A DNA stretch of 47,260 nucleotides from Cyanophora paradoxa CCMP329 (GCA_004431415.1 QPMI01000481.1:1-47260), one strand, 5' to 3'. Shown: positions 1-12,240, counted from the first letter of the stretch. Translations and numbers: made by a program. The notes: generated by a model not told the origin, from the sequence alone.

Positions 1-1145
1 CATGCGCAGACGCCGGCGCCTAGCTAGGCCTACGGAGGGGCGCCGGCAGGCTCTCGTATACGTATACGTACGGCTGCGCTACGGCAAGCGTTGAGAAGGG
101 AGGGGGGCCCGGGGCGCCCGGCGGGCGGGCTGCAGGCGCGGCCTAAATATAGGAGGAACGAGGCCTAGAGCTAGGCCGCGCCTGCAGCCCGCCTCGTTCC
201 TCCGACGCCCCTAGGGCGCGTTATAAGTTGGAGGGTGGGGGGCGTCGGAGGACGGGGACGTTGGCGATCGCGACGCGCGGCGTCGATGATCGTGCTCATG
301 ATCATCGGATCGTGATCATGAGGGCGCGACCGCTAGCTGCGCATGCCGAATTCAAATGGACGTTCCCCGGCCCCGCCCGCCCGGCCCGCGCGGTGGCCAG
401 AGCCGCATGGGTACGAGTGCTATAGCTATAGCTAGTGCTAGAGCTATCACTAGGGGCCCCCCCAGTTCCAATGGTTCGGAATCATGAATTCGAAGTTTGC
501 TGGCAAAACTGTGACTATTGTAAATCGGAAACAACGAAGTTCCCAACTTCGTTCGCACTATGCACAGCTCTCGTACGATCATGTAGTACCGACAGCGTCA
601 GTTGTAACGAGAGCAATCCAGAGCTGTCCACAGAGAACAAGGCGCGGCCGGGGCGCGGCACAGGGCGCCCGGGGAGCACTATCAGTGCGCTAGGGCAGCT
701 AAGTAGGGGTCATAGCTACGACTAGCAGCGCAGGCGGGCTCCGGAGCTCGGTTGCAGTCGCCGAGTCGACCAGCGCCGGCGGCCTCCTGAGTGCTTTCGA
801 ACGCTAGCTATGGCTGTGCATTCGTGTTTGATGCGTGTGCGGCCCGCGCCGGGCTTGTCGATCGAGGTGCCGACCGCGCGCCTTGTAGGAAGCGCGCACG
901 CGGGCCGCGTCAGTGCCAACGCCTTGCACGGAAGGCCATATGCTATAGAGACCGCGTTTGCACAGCTAGAGCCCGCGGTTCCTGGTGTGCCGTGGCTCGT
1001 TGGGGTACTGCGTGCTGGCAAGTGGTGCTAGTACCCCCAAGCTACGAAGCGCTGACAAGCGGAGGCCGGCTGAAGAAAGTGCGCTGAATCGGGCCTTAAT
1101 GGTCAGATTGGCTCACAATGCGCAGGTTCCAGTGACCCGCCGAGG

Positions 1146-1330
1146 ATGAGGCGCATTGCCACGAGGCGCCAGCTGCCGCAAGAGCTTCCGGGCGAGCTAG
1201 CGATGGTGCTCCTGGTCAAACTTTCTTCAATTGAATGCAAGAGCTTCCGGGCGAGCTAGCGATGGTGCTCCTGGTCAAGCTTTCGTTTGTAGAGCGCGTC
1301 CGGCTCGAGCGCGTGTCGAGGGAGAGACTA
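1146..1330 (+). pseudogene. F-box gene 5' fragment carried in the CACTA element (also at ~6174-6355 and 18406-18500)
   Basis: MRRIATRRQLPQELPGELAMVLLVKLS, then a ~48-bp re-duplication giving MQELPGELAMVLLVKLSFVERVRLERVSR, an F-box-like L-P-x-E...L...R...V-S/C-R pattern. It runs into the minisatellite. Confidence 0.65.
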
Positions 1331-1389
1331 GCCTCGCCATCGACCACAGGCTCGCAGAGCTCACAGGCTGCCAGACGACGCGGCTCACG

Positions 1390-2480
1390 GGACGGGGCGG
1401 AAGTGCGGCGGGCGGCGGCGCAGCTCGCGGCGAGACGGAGGCGTGGCGGATGGCGGCGCAGCTCGTCGGGCGAGAAGGAGGCGTGGCGGATGGCGGCGCA
1501 GCTCGTCGGGCGAGAAGGAGGCGTGGCGGACGGCGGCGCGGCTTGCCGTACGGGGCGGGGGCTCGGCGGGCGGCGGCGCGGCTCACCGCACGGCGCCGGG
1601 GCTCGGCGGGCGGCGGCGCGGCTCACCGCACGGAGCGCGGCTTGCCGTACAGGGCGGGGGCTCGGCGGGCGGCGGCGCGGCTCACCGCACGGCGCCGGGG
1701 CTCGGCGGGCGGCGGCGCGGCTCACCGCACGGGGCGGAAGCTCGTGGCGGCGGCGCAGCTCGACGGGCGGGGCGGGGGCTCGGCGGGCGGCGGCGCAGCT
1801 CACCGCACGAGGCGGAGGCTTGGCGAGTGCCGGCGCGGCTCGCCGGGCGGGGCGGAGACTCGTCGGGCGGCGGCGCAGCTCGACGGGCGGGGCGGGGACG
1901 CGGCGGGCAGCGGCCCGGCTCGACGGGCGGGGCGGGGCGCGGGGGGCGGCGGCGCGGCACGCCGGGCGGGGCGGAGACTCGGCGGGCGGCGGCGCGGCTC
2001 GACGGGCCGGGCGGGGGCGGCGGCGGACGGCGGCGCGGTACGCCGGGCGGGGCGGGGACGCGGCGGGCGGCGGCGCGGCTCTTCGGGCGGGGCGGCGGCG
2101 CGGCGGGCGACGGCGCGGCTCGCCGGGCGGGGCGGAGACTCGTCGGACGGCGGCGCAGCTCGACGGGTAGGGTGCGGACGCGGCGGGCGGCGGCGCGGCA
2201 CGCCGGGCGGGGCGGGGACGCGGCGGGCGGCGGCGCGGCTCGCCGGGCGGGGCGGCGGCCCGGCGGGCGACGGCGGGGCTCGCCGGGCGGGGCGGAGACT
2301 CGTCGGGCGGCGGCGCAGCTCGACGGGCGGGGCGGGGACGCGGCGGGCGGCGGCGCGGCTCGACGGGCGGGGCGGCGGCGCGGCGGGCGGCTTTGCGGAC
2401 GGCGGCGCGGGTCGCAGGACGGGGCGGCGGCGCGGCGGGCAACAGCTCCGCGGCAGGACTTGCCGCACGGGGCGGGGGCT
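1390..2480. repeat. GC-rich 40-bp-period minisatellite (copies at ~6420-7490 and ~18560-19460)
   Basis: Units such as GGCGTGGCGGATGGCGGCGCAGCTCGTCGGGCGAGAAGGA and GCGGCTCACCGCACGGCGCCGGGGCTCGGCGGGCGGCGGC recur at 40-bp spacing; strongly G-skewed on the + strand. Confidence 0.92.
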
Positions 2481-2689
2481 CTGCGGCTTCAAGGCTAGTT
2501 ACCACGCGTGTCAAAATAGGTTGCTCTGACGTACTGCTTCATGGCCTGGCTGCGCGAGAATGCGCACTGTGGCACTGCAGATCTAGAACAGAATCAGATG
2601 CACCCCTTCCCCCTTCGTGTCCGGATCCTAGAGCCTCGAAGAAGATTCACGCTTAAATAACTAAGTTTATTGAAAGGGAGATGTTTATA

Positions 2690-3185
2690 GCATATAATTA
2701 TATGAGATGTGCTGGGTGACATAGTGCCGCACTATCACTTTTAAGTTGACAAGCCGAAAGTACGACTTCAACTTCTCAACATCACACTGACTCATGATCA
2801 GTGATCATGATCGAGATTGAACGTGCCGCACGTTCGCGCAGGATGCAAATCGGACAGCATGATGAACATCCATTATACTTTCATTTAACTCAGTGAGTCC
2901 AGCGAGAATGCGGCCAGGTGGCTTGCTCTAACATCGAGCCCTTCGAGAGCCCGTGCTGTGGCGTGTGCGCAGGGCCTGGGCTCGATACTAGACAGCGAAA
3001 CAATCACTTTTCAAACATTATACAAGATCCTGCCACTAGACAGAGCGGCGCGCGCCCTGAACTGTCCACTCGCATGAGATTCTCCAGTGGGGTCCGTGAC
3101 AGACTCGGATCAAATCGAGCGCCCGAAGGCCACGACGAGGCAGGCGTATATCTATGCACCGTATTAGCACTTCTATGAAGAAGAG
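2690..3185 (-). pseudogene. Possible captured exons of an LRR-like gene inside the CACTA element
   Basis: Minus-strand segments read as protein-like: IDIRLPRRGLRALDLIRVCHGPHW, ARALEGLDVRASHLAAFSLD, CDVEKLKSYFRLVNLKVIVRHYV. No complete gene model. Confidence 0.25.
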
Positions 3186-6100
3186 AGCAAAATGCTGCGA
3201 TACGGGCGCAAGCGCACTGGCACGCACGGCAGCGCGTCGTGGAATCTGTGTGGTGGGTCAGTTCAAAGGCGCGTGGCCGAGCCAGCGACGCGCGACAGTA
3301 GCGCAAACTCCTGCAGTGCGTGCAATCTGCGTATGTGGTCAGTGCAGTCTCGCACGCCCGCCCCGGCGGACGGTGGGCCGGGCTCTCAACGCGGCCGGCC
3401 GCGGTGTCCGATTGACGTCCGGCGGCGGCGACGTCCGGCTTCAGTCGGCCGTCGGCTAGCTGTAGGTCAGGCTGACGGCAGGCTGACGTCGACGGCAGGC
3501 TGTTGGACGCAAGCGCTGTTGTCTGGAAGCACGCCCAGGCGGCCCAGCTGCTACAGTCGGCTACAGCTGCTGCGCCCTCTGCATGGTAAAGCCTAACGCT
3601 CGTTAAGCTCGGCTCGCACCGGGCGGCTGGTCCGGGTATACGTAGATCCTCGCAACGGCCAGCAGCTTCAAACAGCGGGCCACCTGCACCTAACTCGCGC
3701 TTGAAGCAGCGTCTTGACAGCGTCTAGGGACCTCTAGCGAGCTGCTGTGCCTTGCTCTCGCGCAGGGAAGCCGCGGCAGTCGGCTGCAGCCGGGTTTGAA
3801 CAGCCCAGGTCCGACGGCCCGTCCCCGGCGGGCTGCCGAGCGCTCATGTGCCTTTGCTTCCCAGAGCGCTCCTAGAAGCGGGCGGCTTCCTCGCCGAGCG
3901 CCGAGCGGCATTTTCCGCGGTCTCGCAAGGTTCACCGGCAACCCTCGCGTAAATCTTGCCTGCGAGGCCCGCGTCGTTTATTGCTCGTGCGCTGAACATG
4001 TTGCGCAGGAGCGGTCGGTGACGTGCGCTCGTCTGTTCCGTTGAGTCCATCCGGCCGCTCGCTTGAGTGAGCGCTCCAGCCCTGCGGTCTCCGCTCGCTT
4101 GAGTGAGCGTCGTGTCTCCGCGCTCGAAGAGTGATCTTCGTTGCGCAGGACATGGCGATAAGCGCGAGGCGGCGGCCGCGGTTCCGGAGGCGACAGCCGC
4201 GCCGGTGTTCAAGGAGCTCGAGTACTGCCCCCGCCTATTTCTCAACGAGTCTGACACGCAGTTTAGCCCGCGCGGAAGCGCGCAGGAGGACGCAACCCGC
4301 ACGCGGCGGTCCGACGGCCCAGACTTTGACCCTTGCTGCACCCGACTTCCTCTGTTGCGAAACGGTGCGGTCCTCACCTTAACGCTTCCCCCTCCATCTG
4401 AATCTGACTTCCGCACAGGAACCTGTGGGCTACTTGAAATTCACTCACATCTTGCCCTTCCTCAAGGACGGCTCAAGGTGCGGCTCTTCGTTGCCAAGAT
4501 CGACGTCTACGTCGTCGACGAAGGTTCTTCTTCGCGGCATCGGCATTCTAGTGCCCAAGTGCGGCAAGATGAACCTCCCCCTCCCCTTCCCCCCCCCCTC
4601 GCCCCACGTCGCCCCGCAGTACACCCTCCTAGCTATATCTAGATGCCCTACCCCGCCCGCTCCGCTCCGCCCCCTCCGGCCCCGGTGGGGTACGCCTTCG
4701 CCGGCGTCTTCGACAAGTACCCCCGGTAGCTGGGGTCCCTTGTCCGACGCGCTGGTGAGGCGTACCCCCTCGCGCGGGCCCCGATCGGGCACTAGCTCTA
4801 GATGCCCCTACTTACCCGCCCCCTCCGGCCCCCGGTGGGGTACGCCTTCGCCGGCGTCTTCGGACAAGGTACCCCCGGTAGCTGGGTCCCTTGGTCCGAC
4901 GGCGCTGGTGAGGGCGTACCCCCTCGCGGGCCCCGATCGGGCACTAGCTCTAGATGCCCCTACTTACCCGCCCCCTCCGGGCCCCCGGTGGGGGTACGCC
5001 TTCGCCGGCGTCTTCGGACAAGGTACCCCCCGGTAGCTGGGGTCCCTTGGTCCGAAGGCGCTGGTGAGGGCGTACCCCCTCGCGCGGGCCGCGTCGGGGC
5101 GCTAGCTTCATAGCTAAACGCCGTACCCCTCTTCAGTTGGGCCACATACTGACTCCATTTCAGTTGGGCGAAGCTGAGGAGCCCTCGGACGTCGTCAGTT
5201 GGTTGTGCTTGCCGAAGGCAAAGCTGACGAGGACGTGCTGGGCAGAAAGGTAGCTCTGTCACTCCCCTCGAGGTTTATTCAGTTCATTCACGTCTAGCGT
5301 GCAGATCCCCGAGGATATCACGGAGTTGCCTGGCAACGAAGAGCTCACTACTTTCAGTGGCTGGAAGGCCGAGTGGTCTTCTGCCCAAGGCCTCCTTTCC
5401 CTCCTCCGCAGTGGCCAGAGCCGCATGGTACGGCCAGAGCCGCATGGTACGAGTGCTATAGCTATAGCTAGTGCTAGAGCTATCACTAGGGGGCCCCCCC
5501 AGTTCCAATGGTTCGGAATCATGAATTCGAAGTTTGCTGGCAAAACTGTGACTATTGTAAATCGAACAACGAAGTCCCAACTTCGTTCGCACTATGCACA
5601 GCTCTCGTACGATCATGTAGTACCGACAGCGTCAGTTGTAACGAGAGCAATCCAGAGCTGTCCACAGAGAACAAGGCGCGGCCGGGCGCGGCACAGGGCG
5701 CCCGGGAGCACTATCAGTGCGCTAGGCAGCTAAGTAGGGTCATAGCTACGACTAGCAGCGCAGGCGCGGCTCCGGAGCTCGGTTGCAGTCGCCGAGTCGA
5801 CCAGCGCCGGCGGCCTCCTGAGTGCTTTCGAACGCTAGCTATGGCTGTGCATTCGTGTTTGATGCGTGTGCGGCCGCGCCGGGCTTGTCGATCGAGGTGC
5901 CGACCGCGCGCCTTGTAGGAAGCGCGCACGCGGGCCGCGTCAGTGCAACGCCTTGCACGGAAGGCCTATATGCTATAGAGACCGCGTTTGCACAGCTAGA
6001 GCCCGCGGTTCCGGGTGTGCCGTGGCTCGTTGGGGTACTGCGTGCTGGCAAGTGGTGCTAGTACCCCAAGCTACGAAGCGCTGACAAGCGGAGCCGGCTG

Positions 6101-9100
6101 AAGAAAGTGCGCTGAATCGGGCCTTAATGGTCAGATTGGCTCACAATGCGCAGGTTCCAGTGACCCGCCGAGGATGAGGCGCATTGCCACGAGGCGCCAG
6201 CTGCCGCAAGAGCTTCCGGGCGAGCTAGCGATGGTGCTCCTGGTCAAACTTTCTTCAATTGAATGCAAGAGCTTCCGGGCGAGCTAGCGATGGTGCTCCT
6301 GGTCAAGCTTTCGTTTGTAGAGCGCGTCCGGCTCGAGCGCGTGTCGAGGAGAGACTAGCCTCGCCATCGACCACAGGCTCGCAGAGCTCACAGGCTGCCA
6401 GACGACGCGGCTCACGGGACGGGGCGGAAGTGCGGCGGGCGGCGGCGCAGCTCGCGCGAGACGGAGGCGTGGCGGATGGCGGCGCAGCTCGTCGGGCGAG
6501 AAGGAGGCGTGGCGGATGGCGGCGCAGCTCGTCGGGCGAGAAGGAGGCGTGGCGGACGGCGGCGCGGCTTGCCGTACGGGCGGGGCTCGGCGGGCGGCGG
6601 CGCGGCTCACCGCACGGCGCCGGGCTCGGCGGGCGGCGGCGCGGCTCACCGCACGGAGCGCGGCTTGCCGTACAGGGCGGGGGCTCGGCGGCGGCGGCGC
6701 GGCTCACCGCACGGCGCCGGGGCTCGGCGGCGGCGGCGCGGCTCACCGCACGGGGCGGAAGCTCGTGGCGGCGGCGCAGCTCGACGGGCGGGGCGGGGGC
6801 TCGGCGGGCGGCGGCGCAGCTCACCGCACGAGGCGGAGGCTTGGCGAGTGCCGGCGCGGCTCGCCGGGCGGGGCGGAGACTCGTCGGGCGGCGGCGCAGC
6901 TCGACGGGCGGGCGGGACGCGCGGGCAGCGGCCCGGCTCGACGGGCGGGGCGGGGGCGCGGGGGCGGCGGCGCGGCACGCCGGGCGGGCGGAGACTCGGC
7001 GGGCGGCGGCGCGGCTCGACGGGCCGGGCGGGGCGCGGCGGACGGCGGCGCGGTACGCCGGCGGGGCGGGACGCGGCGGGCGGCGGCGCGGCTCTTCGGG
7101 CGGGCGCGGCGCGGCGGGCGACGGCGCGGCTCGCCGGGCGGGGCGGAGACTCGTCGGACGGCGGCGCAGCTCGACGGGTAGGGTGCGGACGCGGCGGGCG
7201 GCGGCGCGGCACGCCGGCGGGCGGGGACGCGGCGGGCGGCGGCGCGGCTCGCCGGGCGGGCGGCGGCCCGGCGGGCGACGGCGGGGCTCGCCGGGCGGGG
7301 CGGAGACTCGTCGGGCGGCGGCGCAGCTCGACGGGCGGGCGGGGACGCGGCGGGCGGCGGCGCGGCTCGACGGGCGGGGCGGCGGCGCGGCGGGCGGCTT
7401 TGCGGACGGCGGCGCGGGTCGCAGGACGGGGCGGCGGCGCGGCGGGCAACAGCTCCGCGGCAGGACTTGCCGCACGGGGCGGGGCTCTGCGGCTTCAAGG
7501 CTAGTTACCACGCGTGTCAAAATAGGTTGCTCTGACGTACTGCTTCATGGCCTGGCTGCGCGAGAATGCGCACTGTGGCACTGCAGATCTAGAACAGAAT
7601 CAGATGCACCCCTTCCCCCTTCGTGTCCGGATCCTAGAGCCTCGAAGAAGATTCACGCTTAAATAACTAAGTTTATTGAAAGGGAGATGTTTATAGCATA
7701 TAATTATATGAGATGTGCTGGTGACATAGTGCCGCACTATCACTTTTAAGTTGACAAGCCGAAAGTACGACTTCAACTTCTCAACATCACACTGACTCAT
7801 GATCAGTGATCATGATCGAGATTGAACGTGCCGCACGTTCGCGCAGGATGCAAATCGGACAGCATGATGAACATCCATTATACTTTCATTTAACTCAGTG
7901 AGTCCAGCGAGAATGCGGCCAGGTGGCTTGCTCTAACATCGAGCCCTTCGAGAGCCCGTGCTGTGGCGTGTGCGCAGGGCCTGGGCTCGATACTAGACAG
8001 CGAAACAATCACTTTTCAAACATTATACAAGATCCTGCCACTAGACAGAGCGGCGCGCGCCCTGAACTGTCCACTCGCATGAGATTCTCCAGTGGGGTCC
8101 GTGACAGACTCGGATCAAATCGAGCGCCCGAAGGCCACGACGAGCAGGCGTATATCTATGCACCGTATTAGCACTTCTATGAAGAAGAGAGCAAAATGCT
8201 GCGATACGGGCGCAAGCGCACTGGCACGCACGGCAGCGCGTCGTGGAATCTGTGTGGTGGGGTCAGTTCAAAGGCGCGTGGCCGAGCCAGCGACGCGCGA
8301 CAGTAGCGCAAACTCCTGCAGTGCGTGCAATCTGCGTATGTGGTCAGTGCAGTCTCGCACGCCCGCCCCGGCGGACGGTGGGCCGGGCTCTCAACGCGGC
8401 CGGCCGCGGTGTCCGATTGACGTCCGGCGGCGGCGACGTCCGGCTTCAGTCGGCCGTCGGCTAGCTGTAGGTCAGGCTGACGGCAGGCTGACGTCGACGG
8501 CAGGCTGTTGGACGCAAGCGCTGTTGTCTGGAAGCACGCCCAGGCGGCCCAGCTGCTACAGTCGGCTACAGCTGCTGCGGCCCTCTGCATGGTAAACGCT
8601 AACGGCTCGTTAAGCTCGGCTCGCAGCCGGGGCGGCTGGTCCGGGGTATACGTAGATCCTCGCTAACGGCCAGCAGCTTCAAACAGCGGGCCAACCTGCA
8701 CCTAACTCGCGCTTGAGCAGCGTCTTGAACAGCGTCTAGGGACCTCTAGCGAGCTGCTGTGCCTTGCTCTCGCGCAGGGAAGCCGCGGCAGTCGGCTGCA
8801 GCCGGGTTTTGAACAGCCCAGGTCCGACGGCCCGTCCCGGCGGGCTGCCGAGCGCTCATGTGCTCTTTGCTTCCCAGAGCGCTCCTAGAAGCGGGCGGCT
8901 TCCTCGCCGAGCGCCGAGCGGCATTTTCCGCGGTCTCGCAAGGTTCGACCGGCAACCCTCGCGTAAATCTTGCCTCGCGAGGCGCCGCGGTCGTTTTATG
9001 TGCTCGTTGCGCTGAACATGTTGCGCAGGAGCGGTCGGTGGACGTGCGCTCGTCTGTTCCGTTGAGTCCATCCGGCCGCTCGCTTGAGTGAGCGCTCCAG

Positions 9101-9443
9101 CCCTGCGGTCTCCGCTCGCTTGAGTGAGCGTCGTGGTCTCCGCGCTCGAAGAGTGATCTTCGTTGCGCAGGACATGGCGATAAGCGCGAGGCGGCGGCCG
9201 CGGTTCCGGAGGCGACAGCCGCGCCGGTGTTCAAGGAGCTCGAGGTACTGCCCCCGCCTATTTCTCAACGAGTCTGACACGCAGTTTTAGCCCGCGCGGA
9301 AGCGCCGCAGGAGGACGCAACCCGCACGCGGCGGTCCGACGGCCCAGACTTTGACCCTTGCTGCACCCGACTTCCTCTGTTGCGAAACGGTGCGGTCCTC
9401 ACCTTAACGCTTCCCCCTCCATCTGAATCTGACTTCCGCACAG

Positions 9444-10426
9444 GAACCTGTGGGCTACTTGAAATTCACTCACATCTTGCCCTTCCTCAAGGACGGGCTC
9501 AAGGTGCGGCTCTTCGTTGCCAAGATCGACGTCTACGTCGTCGACGAAGGGTTCTTCTTCGTCGGCATCGGCATTCTAGTGCCCAAGGTGCGGCAAGATG
9601 AACCTCCCCCCTCCCCTTCCCCCCCCCCTCGCCCCACGTCGCCCCCGCAGTACACCCTCCTAGCTATATCTAGATGCCCTACCCCGCCCCGCCTCCGCTC
9701 CGCCCCCTCCGGGCCCCCGGTGGGGGTACGCCTTCGCCGGCGTCTTCGGACAAGGTACCCCCCGGTAGCTGGGGTCCCTTGGTCCGACGGCGCTGGTGAG
9801 GGCGTACCCCCCTCGCGCGGGCCCCGATCGGGCACTAGCTCTAGATGCCCCTACTTACCCGCCCCCTCCGGGCCCCCGGTGGGGGTACGCCTTCGCCGGC
9901 GTCTTCGGACAAGGTACCCCCCGGTAGCTGGGGTCCCTTGGTCCGACGGCGCTGGTGAGGGCGTACCCCCCTCGCGCGGGCCCCGATCGGGCACTAGCTC
10001 TAGATGCCCCTACTTACCCGCCCCCTCCGGGCCCCCGGTGGGGGTACGCCTTCGCCGGCGTCTTCGGACAAGGTACCCCCCGGTAGCTGGGGTCCCTTGG
10101 TCCGAAGGCGCTGGTGAGGGCGTACCCCCCTCGCGCGGGCCGCGTCGGGGCGCTAGCTTCATAGCTAAACGCCGTACCCCTCTTCAGTTGGGCCACATAC
10201 TGACTCCATTTCAGTTGGGCGAAGCTGAGGAGCCCTCGGACGTCGTCAAGTTGGTTGTGCTTGCCGAAGGCAAAGCTGACGAGGACGTGCTGGGCAGAAA
10301 GGTAGCTCTGTCACTCCCCTCGAGGTTTATTCAGTTCATTCACGTCTAGCGTGCAGATCCCCGAGGATATCACGGAGTTGCCTGGCAACGAAGAGCTCAC
10401 TACTTTCAGTGGGCTGGAAGGCCGAG
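9444..10426 (+). pseudogene. Captured multi-exon gene fragment of unknown function inside the CACTA element (also at ~4420-5375 and ~21413-22385)
   Basis: In-phase AG/GT-bounded exons 9444-9587 (EPVGYLKFTHILPFLKDGLKVRLFVAKIDVYVVDEGFFFVGIGILVPK), 10188-10301 (LGHILTPFQLGEAEEPSDVVKLVVLAEGKADEDVLGRK) and 10357 onward (IPEDITELPGNEELTTFSGLEG). Confidence 0.6.
9670..10157 (+). repeat. Intronic tandem array of three ~159-bp fold-back units (also at ~4640-5107 and ~21640-22115)
   Basis: Units start CTAGATGCCC at 9670, 9841 and 10000. Each contains a ~90-nt imperfect inverted repeat GGGGGTACGCC...GGCGTACCCCC. Confidence 0.9.
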
Positions 10427-11779
10427 TGGTCTTCTGGCCCAAGGCCCTCCTTTCCCTCCTCCGCAGTGCTAGCTCTAGATAGTGTGCGGCCGCTAGGGCG
10501 GCGCTGTGTTGCAATTGCAGTATTCATGCATGGCAACCCCGGCGCTGCAGGGCAGGGTGCACGGGGCGGGGCGCGGGCGCCCGGGTGCGCGAGCCTGCTA
10601 TTTTTAGCTTCTCTGGGAACTCTTCTCTTTGTCGTCGGAACAATTGCTATTGCTATCTGAACAATTGCCGTTGCTCTCGGGACTCCTGATTTGGGATCTC
10701 CATGGGCTACACAACTTAACGTTTCACTTGATCATTAGTTCCCAGACCTACGAAGTTTCCAGTATGGAGAATTTGGAAGTTCTGTGTCCAGAGACCGTAA
10801 GACTATCTGATTCCGAGCTATTGGAAATGGGGGGGGCCCACTAGTGTATCTCGTAATTTCCTGCAATTGCCGGCTTCGTGACGTCGACGCTGGCTTCGTG
10901 CGTCACAGCTTGATTATTTTTTCTTACGCTTCGTGCGCATGCGTCCACTCGCCATCGACTCGCTGACGACTCGCTGACGATCGCGACTCGCGATCGAGCT
11001 CGCCCGGCCTCGCCGGCGCCGTCGAGGCGCGCCTGCAGTTTGATTTTTTTTAGAAGCGTGAAGCATTCGCTCAGCGGCTAACTTCAGTAATATACAAGCA
11101 GGGGGCAAGCCCCCCGCACCCCCCATTTACTGATGATCGATATCATGACCGTCGGACATAGCAATAGCGAAGCATGTATACGTAGATCTGCAGCTGAACT
11201 TCAATCGAGAAACGCGCAGCGTCGACGTCAGCGCCATATGCATACGCGCGCGTCGCGTCGGCCGCGCCGACTTCGATCTAGACTCTCAGATCTTGAGCTT
11301 CGTTACTAAGTTAAGATCTTTGGCTAGCTTTAGATCGGAACTGTTACAATTAGCTATTATTGCAAGGGGGAAAGAAGACCGAAGGTCTTCCCCCTTGCTT
11401 CCCGTTCCCTCGCTTCAGCCAAAAGTTTTCTATGAGGCCGTTTGCGAGGTCCAGTATGCAACACCAGAAAAAAATGGTGCTTTATTCGCGTTCCGATTGG
11501 CTGGGTGAACCGGTCAGCCCTCGACTTTGGAGCGTCAAACTCGAGGGGAAAAAGTGGTTTTCGAGGGGAAAACCAGCTTCTGTCTCACGTGCACTCCTCT
11601 AGCTTGTTCTACGTATACTGTATAGATCTGGGCTCTCCGGGCTTCTCCCTCGCGCGGCGCGGCGCTGCATCATAGCAACCACTTCTCCTTAGCTGTCTCC
11701 TCTAGTTTTAAAAATTCCCCTTCCTCGCACTGCGCCGCGTACGCCGCACGGTCCGCTTGCGCTGTTAACGTTGCCTAGC

Positions 11780-12240
11780 TACGTATACGTATACGCCGCT
11801 GATCGCAGCCGAGCACTGCGGCACGCCCGCTCAGCACGCGGCCGACATATGCATCGAGCTGATACGTATATACCGCAGAACCGCGTGCGCGTGCCCGCAG
11901 CCGAGTACGCCGGCCGGGCCGGGCGCGCGCGCAGTCGTACGCGTGCTGCGCGTGGATGCGCAGCCAAGATTGAGTTTGCACCGCAAAACCGCTTGCGCCG
12001 CTGCCAAGCTGCGCCGCTGATCGCAGCCGAGCTTGGCCGGCCGCCGGGCGTGCAGACTGTACTCTCTTGCTGCGCTCAGCACGCTGCCGACATCGAGTTC
12101 ATACCGCAGAACTGCTGCTCGACTGCCCGCAGCCGAGCACGCCGGCTGGGCCGAGTGCCGCGGTGCTCTTGTTGCGCTCGGCACGCCGCTGCTGAGGACC
12201 CAGTCCATCCCGTCCGCGGCTGGCACGTACTGCCGGTCAT
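11780..12240. repeat. Degenerate internal repeats (copy at ~23744-24205)
   Basis: CGCTGATCGCAGCCGAGC (~11797, ~12015), ATACCGCAGAAC (~11870, ~12101) and GCCCGCAGCCGAGyACGCCGGC (~11893, ~12125) each occur twice. Confidence 0.55.

Larger units (their letters stand above)
395..5412. repeat. ~5.0-kb tandem duplication, copy 1 (copy 2 is ~5432-10468)
   Basis: Sequence from GGCCAGAGCCGCATG (395) recurs near-identically from 5432, differing mostly by 1-bp homopolymer indels. The junction has GTG microhomology and a 19-bp duplication (5413-5431 / 5432-5450). Confidence 0.93.
448..5412. mobile_element. CACTA/EnSpm-type element, right-truncated copy (left TIR only)
   Basis: TAT|CACTAGGGGCCCCCCCAGTTCCAATGGTTCGGAATCA at 448. 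The copy is cut off by the tandem-duplication junction at ~5412. Confidence 0.8.
5484..10846. mobile_element. Complete non-autonomous CACTA/EnSpm-type DNA transposon (~5.36 kb)
   Basis: Left end CACTAGGGGGCCCCCCCAGTTCCAATGGTTCGGAATCA (5484). Right end TGATTCCGAGCTATTGGAAATGGGGGGGGCCCACTAGTG (ends 10846) is its imperfect inverse. Flanked by 3-bp TSD TAT (5481-5483, 10847-10849). No transposase ORF recognised. Confidence 0.88.

Noticed and set aside
1216-2529. Long Arg/Ala/Gly/Pro ORFs in many frames (also 6259-7662 and 18333-19605)
   Set aside because: Translations of a stop-poor GC minisatellite; only the short F-box start is protein-like.
9670-10157. CRISPR array or hammerhead/retrozyme reading of the tandem hairpins
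   Set aside because: No unique spacers, no cas genes and no CUGANGA/GAAA hammerhead core.
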